A stretch of 64,000 nucleotides of DNA, taken from positions 2,688,001-2,752,000 of the forward strand of contig CBDCDC010000002.1 of NCBI GenBank assembly GCA_965215195.1. The letters run 5' to 3'. The notes beneath the pieces were generated by a model. The model did no database searches. It was not told the DNA's origin and was given only the letters and a program-made list of their open reading frames with translations. Of the stretch, positions 55,132 to 64,000 are shown one piece after another. This stretch comes from Candidatus Latescibacterota bacterium (GTDB lineage: Bacteria; Latescibacterota; UBA2968; UBA8231). The position numbers were made by a program, and so were the translations under genes. Position 1 is the stretch's first letter; each line of letters opens with the position of its first letter.

Positions 55132-57252
55132 TCAAAAGTTCGACATATAGCTAATTTTCGTCAGCAACACGCGCTCTACGGCTTCGTCCTTGGCGCGATG
55201 TTCGTTATACGCGATATAGAACCGGCTGTCGTTCACCCCGAATCTGTGGCTCAAAAGCAGGTTGAGATCGAGCGTGTCCTCGTGGAAACTGCGCTGAAAA
55301 AAGCTGCGGACGAACAGATCGCGATGGAAAAAGTACGTCGTCCGCAGCAGTAAGACGCGCTTGACTTCGTCCAATGCGCCGGACGGGAAATACTCCCACA
55401 CGGACTCCGTGCTCGAATCGAAAAAGAACCCCTTCCACAAGTTGAACCCCAGCGTCCCGGATACGCGACGGATGTCGCCCAAATACTCGTCGGCAAAGTC
55501 GTACTGATCCCGCAGTTGACCGGTGAGACGGATGCGGTATTTGCGCCCGTTGCCCGTGTCAAAGTTCGCGGTAAACGAGTCGCCGTTATACGTTTTTTGC
55601 TGCCACCGCAGTTGCCAATTCTCGTGATTGAACCACGCCCGGGAGTCGTCCCACCGCCGTACGTACACATCGACATTGCTCCACTGCCATTCCCACCCCT
55701 CTTCGCTCGTCCGCTTCTCAGCGGCGAGATCTTGACCCAAATAGATTTTTTGGATGCCGAGAAACTGAGGGCGCAGGGCGTAGCTACCGTTGACGCCGAA
55801 TTCTCGCGTCCCCACATCCGCGTCGTGGGGGATGAAGCCGATCTGATCGACGTTGAACCCCGGATCAATCCAAGACGCCCACACCCGGAAGGGCCAGCGG
55901 TCGGAATTGCGCGTCAGGCGACCGGTGTGCATGCGGTTGCGCTCGCCCACATCCGCGCCAAAGCTCATGGCCGAACTGAGAAAGAGCTGGGCGTTTTCGT
56001 CCAAGCTCCACACCAGGTCGCTGCCGACCGCTTGCTGCCCTGAGCTACCATCCTTCCCAACCGCTAACGCACCGATAGAGGAATTGACCCCCAAGTCGCG
56101 CTTGAGACGCAAGACGCCAAAATGCGGCTGGTCGCCGTCGGCTTGGCGGTTGCGCGCCGCGATCAGGCCGAGGCTATTCTTGCCGATCTTGCCCGTTACT
56201 TTGCTGCCGACATCCGGGTCGCTGATTCGGCGACTGTAAAAGAGATCCATCGGCGTAAAGAGCGTTTGCCCTTCGATGAAGAAGGGCCGCTTCTCTTTGA
56301 GGAAGAGTTCAAAGCGCGTCAGGTTGATCTGGTTTTCGTCGGCTTCGATGTGGGCAAAGTCCGGGTTGAGGGTGGCGTCTAAGGTGAGGTTGGAGGCGAT
56401 ACCGTATTTCAGGTCAAGCCCCAAGTCGCCAGCCCAACCTTCGGTGGGCTGGTCGCGCAGCTTCTCGTAGCGCCCGGTCATATAGGGCAGCGTCTCTAAG
56501 TGCAGCCCCTGTTTGATGCGGCCGAGGCCGTGGAGGTGGCCGGCTTTGGATACCTTCAACAGGTAGCGGACGTCTCTGGAGATAAACGCCCAGTTGCTGT
56601 TCTCGGTATCGGTCCGGGCGATGCGTTGGACGTTGAGGCCCCACGTGTGCTGCTCGTGTTCGGGGAACCGCAACGTCTTGAACGGGATGGCCAACTCGGC
56701 ACTCCAGCCGCGGTCGTGGAGGTGCGTCTCGGCCTGCCAGACGCCGTCCCAGTTCTGGTCGATGCCACCCCAGCCGCCCGCCCCGTCGTCTTGGACGCGA
56801 AAATCGTTCTGGATGCCATACGTATTTATATAGAAGCCGTACGCGTTTTGGTGATCGTGATAGGTGTCTAGCACGAGGCCGACTAGGTCCAGCGGCGCGA
56901 ACCGGCCATCCCGCACCACCATGCGCCCCTCTATATTGCTGGGTTCCTCGTCTATCATATCGAGGCCGATGTACAGGTGCTCGGCGTCGTAGAGGATGCG
57001 GATGAAGGTTTGGTTGGTGGCGGCGACGCCCTCATGGGGGTCTATCAAAATGAAGCCGGTCGAAGGGGTGGCGATCTGCCAGCATTCGTCGTCTAAGGCA
57101 CCATCTATTTTCGGTTGGACGTGTGTCTTGAAGGCGTGCATTTCCTTGTCGCTCTCGTGGGCCTGTGTAAATGGCGCGACGACGAGCGCGGCCCCGTAAA
57201 GTATCCACGCGAGGATGCGTTTGGTCGCGTAAGCTGTGCTGCTCACTGGCAT
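55132..57252 (-). CDS. CBM9-like plus DUF5916 outer-membrane protein
   Basis: PKIDGALDD..W, GWSAELAIPF, ATLNPDF, EKRPFFIEG, FYSRRI; C-terminal Phe. Confidence 0.82.
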   Translation of the reverse strand: MPVSSTAYATKRILAWILYGAALVVAPFTQAHESDKEMHAFKTHVQPKIDGALDDECWQIATPSTGFILIDPHEGVAATNQTFIRILYDAEHLYIGLDMIDEEPSNIEGRMVVRDGRFAPLDLVGLVLDTYHDHQNAYGFYINTYGIQNDFRVQDDGAGGWGGIDQNWDGVWQAETHLHDRGWSAELAIPFKTLRFPEHEQHTWGLNVQRIARTDTENSNWAFISRDVRYLLKVSKAGHLHGLGRIKQGLHLETLPYMTGRYEKLRDQPTEGWAGDLGLDLKYGIASNLTLDATLNPDFAHIEADENQINLTRFELFLKEKRPFFIEGQTLFTPMDLFYSRRISDPDVGSKVTGKIGKNSLGLIAARNRQADGDQPHFGVLRLKRDLGVNSSIGALAVGKDGSSGQQAVGSDLVWSLDENAQLFLSSAMSFGADVGERNRMHTGRLTRNSDRWPFRVWASWIDPGFNVDQIGFIPHDADVGTREFGVNGSYALRPQFLGIQKIYLGQDLAAEKRTSEEGWEWQWSNVDVYVRRWDDSRAWFNHENWQLRWQQKTYNGDSFTANFDTGNGRKYRIRLTGQLRDQYDFADEYLGDIRRVSGTLGFNLWKGFFFDSSTESVWEYFPSGALDEVKRVLLLRTTYFFHRDLFVRSFFQRSFHEDTLDLNLLLSHRFGVNDSRFYIAYNEHRAKDEAVERVLLTKISYMSNF

Positions 57253-57493
57253 CGCAAAGGTCCTTCTGTTTCTAGTGGACGAACTGCAATATCCCATACA
57301 CCGATCGGTCGTAGAGATTCCTACCGCCGCCGCTAGACCAGACGATAGTAGATTTTATGCCTTCTCCGGGAAGGTCGCAGTCGTCTATCTCGAGGTTCAA
57401 CCAAGCCTCTGTTGCAGAGCGATTGGTTGGTGCTGGTCCTGTGGTTCGTTTCCGGCGAGCGGCCCTGCCGGGCGGTGGTGCTTGGGGGTGTGT

Positions 57494-58228
57494 TCAGAGC
57501 TTGATGACGGCGATGAGGATGCCGGTGATGGCGACCAAGGTGGTCATCGTCCACCTGAAATAGGTATCCATGCGCTTATTGGTCTCGTCGATGCGGTGGT
57601 GAACGGCTCCTACTTGGTTACGCAGGTCTTGGATTTGTTCGCCCAACGAGTGATTGGTTTCGTCGATGCGGTGATGCACCGCTTGGATTTGTTCGCCCAA
57701 TGAACGGTTGGTTTCGTCGATGCGGTGATGCACCGCTTGGATTTGCTCGCCCAATGAACGGTTGGTTTCGTCGATGCGGTGGTGAACCGCTCCTATCTGA
57801 CTGCGCAGGTCTTGTATTTGTTCGCCCAACGAGTGGTTGGTTTCGTCAATGCGGTGATGCACTGCTTGGATTTGCTCACCCAACGAGTGGTTGGTTTCGT
57901 CGATGCGGTGGTGAACCGCTCCTACCTGATTACGCAGGTCTTGTATTTGTTCGCCCAACGAGCGGTTGGTTTCGTCGATGCGGTGATGCACTGCTTGGAT
58001 TTGCTCACCCAACGAGTGGTTGGTTTCGTCGATGCGGTGGTGAACCGCTCCTACCTGATTACGCAGGTCTTGTATTTGTTCGCCCAACGAGCGGTTGGTC
58101 TCGTCGATGCGGTGGTGAACCGCTCCTATCTGACTACGCAGGTCTTGGATGTCTTCGCGCAGATAGCTGATGCCCCAGTGCAGCTCTTCGGGGGCGGGAC
58201 GAGGTTGAGGGTTGGAACTCGCGGTCAT
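57494..58228 (-). CDS. His-rich tandem-repeat coiled-coil protein with C-terminal membrane anchor
   Basis: AAGGAG RBS before MTASS; 9 x AVHHRIDETN in 18- and 25-aa units; hydrophobic C-terminus. Confidence 0.85.
   Translation of the reverse strand: MTASSNPQPRPAPEELHWGISYLREDIQDLRSQIGAVHHRIDETNRSLGEQIQDLRNQVGAVHHRIDETNHSLGEQIQAVHHRIDETNRSLGEQIQDLRNQVGAVHHRIDETNHSLGEQIQAVHHRIDETNHSLGEQIQDLRSQIGAVHHRIDETNRSLGEQIQAVHHRIDETNRSLGEQIQAVHHRIDETNHSLGEQIQDLRNQVGAVHHRIDETNKRMDTYFRWTMTTLVAITGILIAVIKL
57580..58150 (-). repeat. Intragenic 54/75-bp tandem repeat array
   Basis: Near-identical TTCGTCGATGCGGTG-containing units; all lengths are multiples of 3. Confidence 0.92.
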
Positions 58229-58286
58229 GGTGGACTCCTTGAGGGCGGCAAGGTTAGGGAGTAATATGACGACGCAAGAACAGGAA

Positions 58287-58302
58287 AGCAACTTACATGC
58301 CA
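58287..58302 (-). promoter_or_regulatory. sigma54 (-24/-12) promoter
   Basis: TGGCAT-GTAAG-TTGCT about 59 bp upstream of the ATG. Confidence 0.7.
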
Positions 58303-58444
58303 GCGCCGATCTCTGAGTAGGGACGGCGATTAGCTGGCTCGATCTGTGTGCGTTTGCACACGCGGATGAGTTCTTTTCGATACACGAGAAGTCGGCCGGC
58401 GGAGCGCACAACGGTGTCGCAAAGATCGAAGCTCAGGGCGCGGA

Positions 58445-61400
58445 TCACCGAATTTGACGAATCTGATCGATCTTCTTGTCGAGCCGCTTGGGGGAAATCG
58501 GGTGGGCGGTGCCTAGCTCTTGGGCGAAGACTGAGACGCGATATTCCTCCAGCATCCAGCGCAATTCCTCGATTTGGGCCTCTCGCCCGGGCGAATGGGT
58601 CTCCCCGGCGAGCTTTTCCAACTGACTCTGGTACACCTCGATCAACTCGGCCTTCTGCGCGTCCTTGCGCGGGTCGGTCGCAGCGCGCTCAGTGCGCACC
58701 TCGACGGCTTTGAGGTAGCGGAGCAGATGGCTAAGACGGTGGTAGGGAACGCGGGCGAGGAAGTCGTCTGGCAGCAGTCGCTCTAAGTCCGCGTCCAGCC
58801 CGCGATAGGCCCGGCTCGCAAGGCGAATTGCCCGGCGGGCTTCGAGCAGGCTATCGACCAAGGAGATGAAGCGCGGGGCCAAGCCGCGCAGCCGCAACTT
58901 GGCCTGTGCGAGCGTTGCGTCGAAATCCTCTTGGCGCAGGGGTAGGATTTGCTCGCGGTGGAAGAGATAGCGCTCGAGATGTTCAAATGCTTGGGTGCGC
59001 AACTCTAGGGAACTGCCTTGGTAGCGCACTTTGAACTGGGCCAGCTCCTTGAGTTCGCGGCGCAGCCACGCTAGCTCGTCGCGCAACGCTAAGGCACAGA
59101 GGCCGAAAAAACCCTCCTGCGAGCGGGTTTCGGCTTCGGCGCGACTTTTGTAGAGCCGCAGCGACACGCCGCCTTCGTCGCGGCGGAGGCCGGGCCATCC
59201 ATAAAGGGGCACCCCGCCCGCTTGGGTCACCTCTATTCGCTCGGGCAGGTCGCCGAAATCCCAAGTAGCTATTCCTTCCCGTTCCCACTGTTGGGCCACC
59301 TTTTTCCAAGCGTCGAGCTCGACTGGGGTGTCGTGCTGTTCGAGGCGTTGAGTCAGTTGCTGCAAATCGCGGCCGGCCGCGACGGATTGCTCGTTAGTGC
59401 CTTGGATATCGACGCGCATCTTGAGGTGGTCGGGCAGGTCGTCGGCGTTCCAGTCCGACGCTTGGATTTGGATCCAGTAGTGCTGGCGAATGTGTTCCTG
59501 CAACGACTGCAAAAAGGTGGGGTGGGTCGGTTTGAGATCCGCGGCGATGCGTTGGGCCTTTGCGGGGATCGGCACTAGTTGCTTGCGGATGGACTTGGGC
59601 AACGAGCGCAGCAGGGCGGTAATTTTTTCTTCGAGCAGGCCCGGCACCAGCCACTCGAGTATTTCTGGATCCACGGCATGGGCCAGCTTGTAGGGCACTT
59701 TGACGGTGATGCCGTCCTCGTCTTGCCCCGGGCGATAGGCGTAGCTGAGGGCTAGTTTATTGCCGTCGAGGTCAAGTGCGTCTGGGAAGGCCTGCTGCTC
59801 GAAGTCGGTGCGAGTGGTGCCGAGCAAGTCTTCCTCCTGCATCATCAGGAAGTCGTCGGCTTTGTCTTTGAGGAATCGGTTGAGGTCGGGCAGCGAGGAA
59901 ACATCGTCGAGGTGCTGGGCGTAAAAGCGGGCCGCGACCTCTTCGACGTGGACATCGGCCAAGCCGCGAGCGCGGGTCTGCCAAGTTTCGATCTTCTGAC
60001 ACAGGCGAATGTTGTGCGCGAGAAACTTGTGCGGAGTATGCACTGTCCCGGGCACCAACGCCTCGCGGATGAATATCTCGGTGGCCTCGCGGGCGTTGAT
60101 GCGGCTATAAGGGATGCGGCGGCTGAGCACTTCGAGGCCGTAGAGGGTCAGCTTTTCGCGCACCAGCACCCGTCCCGAGCGCGGGTTGAAGTAGGGCTGG
60201 TCGTAGGAAGCGCGGCACAGGTGGCTGCCTAGCTCAGCGAGCCATTCGGGCTGGATGCGAGCGACGGTGCGGGCGAACAGGCGCGAGGTTTCGACGATCT
60301 CGGCCGCGACTAGCCACCCGGGTGGCCCGCCCGTGGCCGGCTTCTTGCCCTTGTTGGGGCGGAAGAGTCCCGAGCCGGGAAAAATCATCACTTCGCGGTT
60401 GCGCGCTGCCTGATAGACATTGCCCTCCTCTTGGCGCGCCACACTCGAAAGCAGGCCGGTGAGTACCGCGCGGTGGATCGCGTCGTACCCGGCGGGTGCT
60501 CGGTTGAAGCGGAAGCCTTTTATCTCGTTCAGTGCCTCGCGGAGCTGCGCGTGGATATCGCGCCATTCGCGCATCCGCATATAGGAGAGAAAGTGCGCCT
60601 TGCAGAATTTGCGTAGCTGGTTCTGGGAGGCGCGTTCCACTTGGTCGTGATAGGCGTTCCAGATGTTGAGATAGCCTAGGAAATCGGAATTTTTGTCGTG
60701 GAACTGCCGGTGCATTTGGTCGGCCGCATCCTGCTCTTCGAGAGGCCGCTCGCGCGGATCTTGAATGCTGATGGCCGCGGCAATGACGAGCACTTCGGAC
60801 AGGGCTTGCTCCTCGCGGGCTTGGAGCAGCATCCGCGAGACCGTGGGGTCGATGGGCAGGCGCGCCATGGCGCGGCCAATGGAAGTAAGGGCGCGGTTTT
60901 CGTCGAGGGCGTTGAGCTGGCGCAGGAGTTGGAAACCGCCGGCGATAGCGGCTTTTGCCGGGGGGTCGATAAAGGGAAACGCCTCGACGTTCCCCAACTT
61001 GAGATTAATCATCCGCAGGATGACCTCGGCGAGATTGGCGCGCTGAATCTCGGGCTGGGTGTATTCGGGGCGCGAGAGAAAGTCCTGCTCCGAGTAGAGG
61101 CGAATGCACACTCCGTCGGCAACCCGCCCGCAACGCCCCTCCCGTTGGCGGGCACTGCTCTGCGAAATCGGTTCGATCGGCAGGCGCTGGGTGTGGGTGC
61201 GGGGATTGTAGCGCGACAGACGCGCCAAGCCGGTATCTACGACGTAGCGGATGCCGGGGATGGTCAGGGAAGTCTCGGCGATATTGGTGGCCAACACTAC
61301 GCGGCGGCGGTCCCCCGGGGCGAATACGCGCTGCTGCTCTCCGGCGGTTAGGCGGCCAAACAGCGGCAAAATCTCGACGCCGCGCAACTTGCGCCCTTCG

Positions 61401-62326
61401 AGCCGTTCGCGGGTCTCGCGGATGTCGCGCTCGGACGGCAGAAAGACCAAGAGGTCGCCCTGCCGCGACGCGCGCACTATTTCTTCTACCGCATTGGCGG
61501 CCGCATCCAAATACGTGTAGTCGCCGCGGTCCTGCAGCACCTCGTCGAGCGGCCAGTAGCGGACCTCGACCGGGAACATCCGGCCCGAGACCTCAATGAC
61601 GGGCGCGTCGTCAAAGGCCCGGGAGAAGGTTGCGGCGTCAATGGTGGCCGAAGTGATGACGATCTTGAGATCGGGCCGCTTGCGACGCAAAAGCCGCAGG
61701 TAGCCGAGCAAGAAGTCGATATTGAGGCTGCGCTCGTGGGCCTCATCCACGATAATGGTGTCGTATTCGAGCAAATCCGGGTCGGTTTGGGTCTCGGCCA
61801 GCAAAATGCCGTCGGTCATTACCTTGATGTAGGTCTCGGGCGCAGTCTGATCGCGGAAGCGGATTTTGCAGCCGACATCGCGGCCATAGGTCACCTTGAG
61901 CTCTTCGGCAATGCGCCGGGCGATGGAGAAAGCGGCGACGCGACGCGGCTGGGTGACCCCGATGCGAGCGGCCTCGCCTCGGCCGGCCTCTAGGCAAATT
62001 TTGGGCAATTGAGTGCTCTTGCCCGAGCCGGTCTCGCCGACGACGACCACCACCGGATGCGCCCGGATCGCCGCGAGGATTTCGTTCTTGCGGTCGCTGA
62101 TGGGCAGGGCGGGTGGGTAGGTGGGGGTCGGGCGGGTGGCGCGTAGTTTTTCGCGGCGATGGGCCGAGCGGCGGGCCTGGCCTAAGAGGCGATCAACTTC
62201 TCCCGGATCGAGGCGACCCCGACGCTTCAGACGGCGTTCGATGCGCACCCGATCCTCGAGCATACACTGCGGTAGGAGGGTTTTAAGCGCGGCGATGGGA
62301 TGGGGTTTGGTAGGCGATTGATGCAA
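58445..62326 (-). CDS. hrpA: ATP-dependent RNA helicase HrpA
   Basis: GETGSGKST, DEAH, SAT, TNIAETSLT, QREGRCGR; C-terminal RWMLEEYRVSVFAQELGT. Confidence 0.96.
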   Translation of the reverse strand: MHQSPTKPHPIAALKTLLPQCMLEDRVRIERRLKRRGRLDPGEVDRLLGQARRSAHRREKLRATRPTPTYPPALPISDRKNEILAAIRAHPVVVVVGETGSGKSTQLPKICLEAGRGEAARIGVTQPRRVAAFSIARRIAEELKVTYGRDVGCKIRFRDQTAPETYIKVMTDGILLAETQTDPDLLEYDTIIVDEAHERSLNIDFLLGYLRLLRRKRPDLKIVITSATIDAATFSRAFDDAPVIEVSGRMFPVEVRYWPLDEVLQDRGDYTYLDAAANAVEEIVRASRQGDLLVFLPSERDIRETRERLEGRKLRGVEILPLFGRLTAGEQQRVFAPGDRRRVVLATNIAETSLTIPGIRYVVDTGLARLSRYNPRTHTQRLPIEPISQSSARQREGRCGRVADGVCIRLYSEQDFLSRPEYTQPEIQRANLAEVILRMINLKLGNVEAFPFIDPPAKAAIAGGFQLLRQLNALDENRALTSIGRAMARLPIDPTVSRMLLQAREEQALSEVLVIAAAISIQDPRERPLEEQDAADQMHRQFHDKNSDFLGYLNIWNAYHDQVERASQNQLRKFCKAHFLSYMRMREWRDIHAQLREALNEIKGFRFNRAPAGYDAIHRAVLTGLLSSVARQEEGNVYQAARNREVMIFPGSGLFRPNKGKKPATGGPPGWLVAAEIVETSRLFARTVARIQPEWLAELGSHLCRASYDQPYFNPRSGRVLVREKLTLYGLEVLSRRIPYSRINAREATEIFIREALVPGTVHTPHKFLAHNIRLCQKIETWQTRARGLADVHVEEVAARFYAQHLDDVSSLPDLNRFLKDKADDFLMMQEEDLLGTTRTDFEQQAFPDALDLDGNKLALSYAYRPGQDEDGITVKVPYKLAHAVDPEILEWLVPGLLEEKITALLRSLPKSIRKQLVPIPAKAQRIAADLKPTHPTFLQSLQEHIRQHYWIQIQASDWNADDLPDHLKMRVDIQGTNEQSVAAGRDLQQLTQRLEQHDTPVELDAWKKVAQQWEREGIATWDFGDLPERIEVTQAGGVPLYGWPGLRRDEGGVSLRLYKSRAEAETRSQEGFFGLCALALRDELAWLRRELKELAQFKVRYQGSSLELRTQAFEHLERYLFHREQILPLRQEDFDATLAQAKLRLRGLAPRFISLVDSLLEARRAIRLASRAYRGLDADLERLLPDDFLARVPYHRLSHLLRYLKAVEVRTERAATDPRKDAQKAELIEVYQSQLEKLAGETHSPGREAQIEELRWMLEEYRVSVFAQELGTAHPISPKRLDKKIDQIRQIR

Positions 62327-62492
62327 AATTTACAAGAGGTTACGGCGTTTTGTGTCGGCGCACAAAATGTACGGTAGCGGTCGCATGGTGGCAAATGCGA
62401 GGGCGGGTATTACTTTTTCGTCGCCCAACTCAGGGACGACGAATGATCACCGCCGTCGATACATGTTCAGATTGGCCTCTAGCGCGGCCTAT

Positions 62493-63761
62493 TCAGGCGT
62501 CGGTGCGCCACAGGCGCGGTACCGGGCTGGTGGCTTGGCGGTCGGGCAGGTGCCAGTAGGGTTCTTCGGCTGGGATTTCTTGTAGGTGCGGGCAGGTCAT
62601 GCCGTGGCGGTCCCACACCACCTCGCCGGCGCGCAGGGTCAGGGCGCATTCGAGGCGGTGCCGGGCCTCGATACAGGCCCAGCCGCAGTCGCGAAAGTAG
62701 AAGTTGCCCTCGAGGACGCCCAGCACGGCGACATCGGCCTCAGAACCGGGCGTCAAAGTCCCCAGCTCGGGCCGGCGGATGGCGTGGGCCGGGGTGACGG
62801 TGGAGCGGTAGATCACTTCCTGTAAGGGCATGTCCATGGCCAAGCACTTGGACATGGTATCGAGCATGGAGTGGACGTGGCCGTTGATATTACCCATGTG
62901 CAGGTCGGTGCTGATCGAGTCGGGTGGGAAGCGGTCGGCGATGGCCGGTATGGCGGCGCGGTACCAAAAGCTGGCCGCTCCGTGGCCGAGGTCGAAGTGG
63001 ATGCTCTTTTGCCGCGCCTCGCGCATGTAGTCGTACACCGCGCCGTTTTCATCGACGACCGGGAACTGGCGGGCAAAGACGTGGGTGTGGATGTCGCCGG
63101 GGCGCAGGTGCTCGAGGAGGAGATCGGGATAGGAGCGCTCGGGCGGGCGCGGCCAAAAGTCAACCATCACCGGCATTTTACAGCGCTCGCCAGCCTCGAC
63201 GGCCGCGTCAACCGAGGCCCAAGGCGGATGCTCGTCGTCAAAGGGCTTGGTGGTCCAATAGTGGGCGGTTTTGATGCCGACGCACACGTCGTCGTGGGCC
63301 GCGGCCATTTCGGCCGCCTGCTGGGGGTCGAGGTTGGCGACGACTTGTTCGGGAGGGCCCATGCCTGGGGCGGCAATGTTGACATAGGCGAACATGCGGA
63401 TCGTGGAGTGGTCGATCACGGTCTCGCGGAAGTGCTCGAACTCCTCGGCACCGGCCGTGCCCGTATCGACGCAGGTCGTAACGCCCTCTTTGAGGAAGTG
63501 GGCGTCGGCGTTGAGGCTGCCCACCATTAGGCCGGGTTTGCAGGCGCGGGTATGGTACGTATGAACGTGGATGTCGAGCAGGCCCGGCACCACGACGAGA
63601 TTGCCCACGTCGATTACGCGGTGGGCGTCCGCAGGAGGAATGTCCTCTTCGACGCGGGCGATGCGGCCGTCGAGTACGCCGACGTCGCAGACGCCATCGA
63701 CATCGTTGGCAGGATCGATTACGTGGCCGCCTTTGAGCAGCATTTCGAGCTTGCGGGGCAT
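62493..63761 (-). CDS. Amidohydrolase/deacetylase (dihydroorotase-like) metallohydrolase
   Basis: PGLLDIHVH, GVTTCVDTG, LRPGDIHTH, FDLGHG, SISTDLH. Confidence 0.9.
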   Translation of the reverse strand: MPRKLEMLLKGGHVIDPANDVDGVCDVGVLDGRIARVEEDIPPADAHRVIDVGNLVVVPGLLDIHVHTYHTRACKPGLMVGSLNADAHFLKEGVTTCVDTGTAGAEEFEHFRETVIDHSTIRMFAYVNIAAPGMGPPEQVVANLDPQQAAEMAAAHDDVCVGIKTAHYWTTKPFDDEHPPWASVDAAVEAGERCKMPVMVDFWPRPPERSYPDLLLEHLRPGDIHTHVFARQFPVVDENGAVYDYMREARQKSIHFDLGHGAASFWYRAAIPAIADRFPPDSISTDLHMGNINGHVHSMLDTMSKCLAMDMPLQEVIYRSTVTPAHAIRRPELGTLTPGSEADVAVLGVLEGNFYFRDCGWACIEARHRLECALTLRAGEVVWDRHGMTCPHLQEIPAEEPYWHLPDRQATSPVPRLWRTDA

Positions 63762-63943
63762 GGCTTTTCCGTTCCGTAGAGAGCGAAAATCACAAAATAG
63801 GCCGGGCCAAAGGGAGGGGCAAATGGGGTTGTTGACAATGGTTAGACGCTTGGAGTACAATTTATAGCTTCATATATTCATATAGAAGCCCTCTCGTACA
63901 TGCCACCAACCCCATAGGCCAGCCTCTACGCTGGTCTAAACGA

Positions 63944-63970
63944 CGGGCGACCACGAGGGTCGCCCCTACA
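63944..63970 (-). repeat. GTAG-type REP
   Basis: TGTAGGGGCGACCCTCGTGGTCGCCCG on minus strand. Confidence 0.7.
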
Positions 63971-64000
63971 TACATGACGTATTTAGACGTTTATGAGATA

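Noticed and set aside
57580-58150. Repeat array as CRISPR
   Set aside because: No unique spacers; units are in-frame multiples of 3 inside an ORF with an RBS; no cas genes.
58445-62326. HrpA as part of a defence island
   Set aside because: Canonical full-length HrpA with backbone composition and no partner defence genes.

Overview
GC-rich bacterial chromosomal segment with no rRNA, tRNA, CRISPR array, integrase or transposase that I could recognise. The backbone is catabolic and transport genes: FecCD/E-type ABC, acnA, three mandelate-racemase/enolase enzymes, GH88-like and PL26-like enzymes, a sulfatase, a sugar ABC system, two FlgD/CHU_C-tailed secreted proteins, an internalin-like LRR lipoprotein and hrpA. 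This content resembles Latescibacterota or sponge-symbiont lineages (inference only). The notable signal lies between the genes. (1) Four times, a small accessory patch follows a host gene and is closed by a second copy of that gene's 3' region. The copies range from an exact 93 bp to decayed, and the point differences in aligned codons are synonymous. This suggests integrase-free cassette stacking anchored on gene ends. (2) The youngest cassette carries an NYN-domain nuclease preceded by a promoter, a ~110-nt structured leader and an intrinsic terminator, which is a type III toxin-antitoxin-like layout. (3) An MvaI/BcnI-type R-M fragment splits a coiled-coil membrane-protein gene at a 6-bp microhomology, and that gene and its His-rich repeat paralog both carry sigma54 promoters. 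(4) There is also a three-copy MITE family, REP-like hairpins, many decayed or chimeric TA remnants, a C14 tract upstream of the LRR gene, and apparent CCWGG depletion. All comparisons were made by eye; no searches were run.
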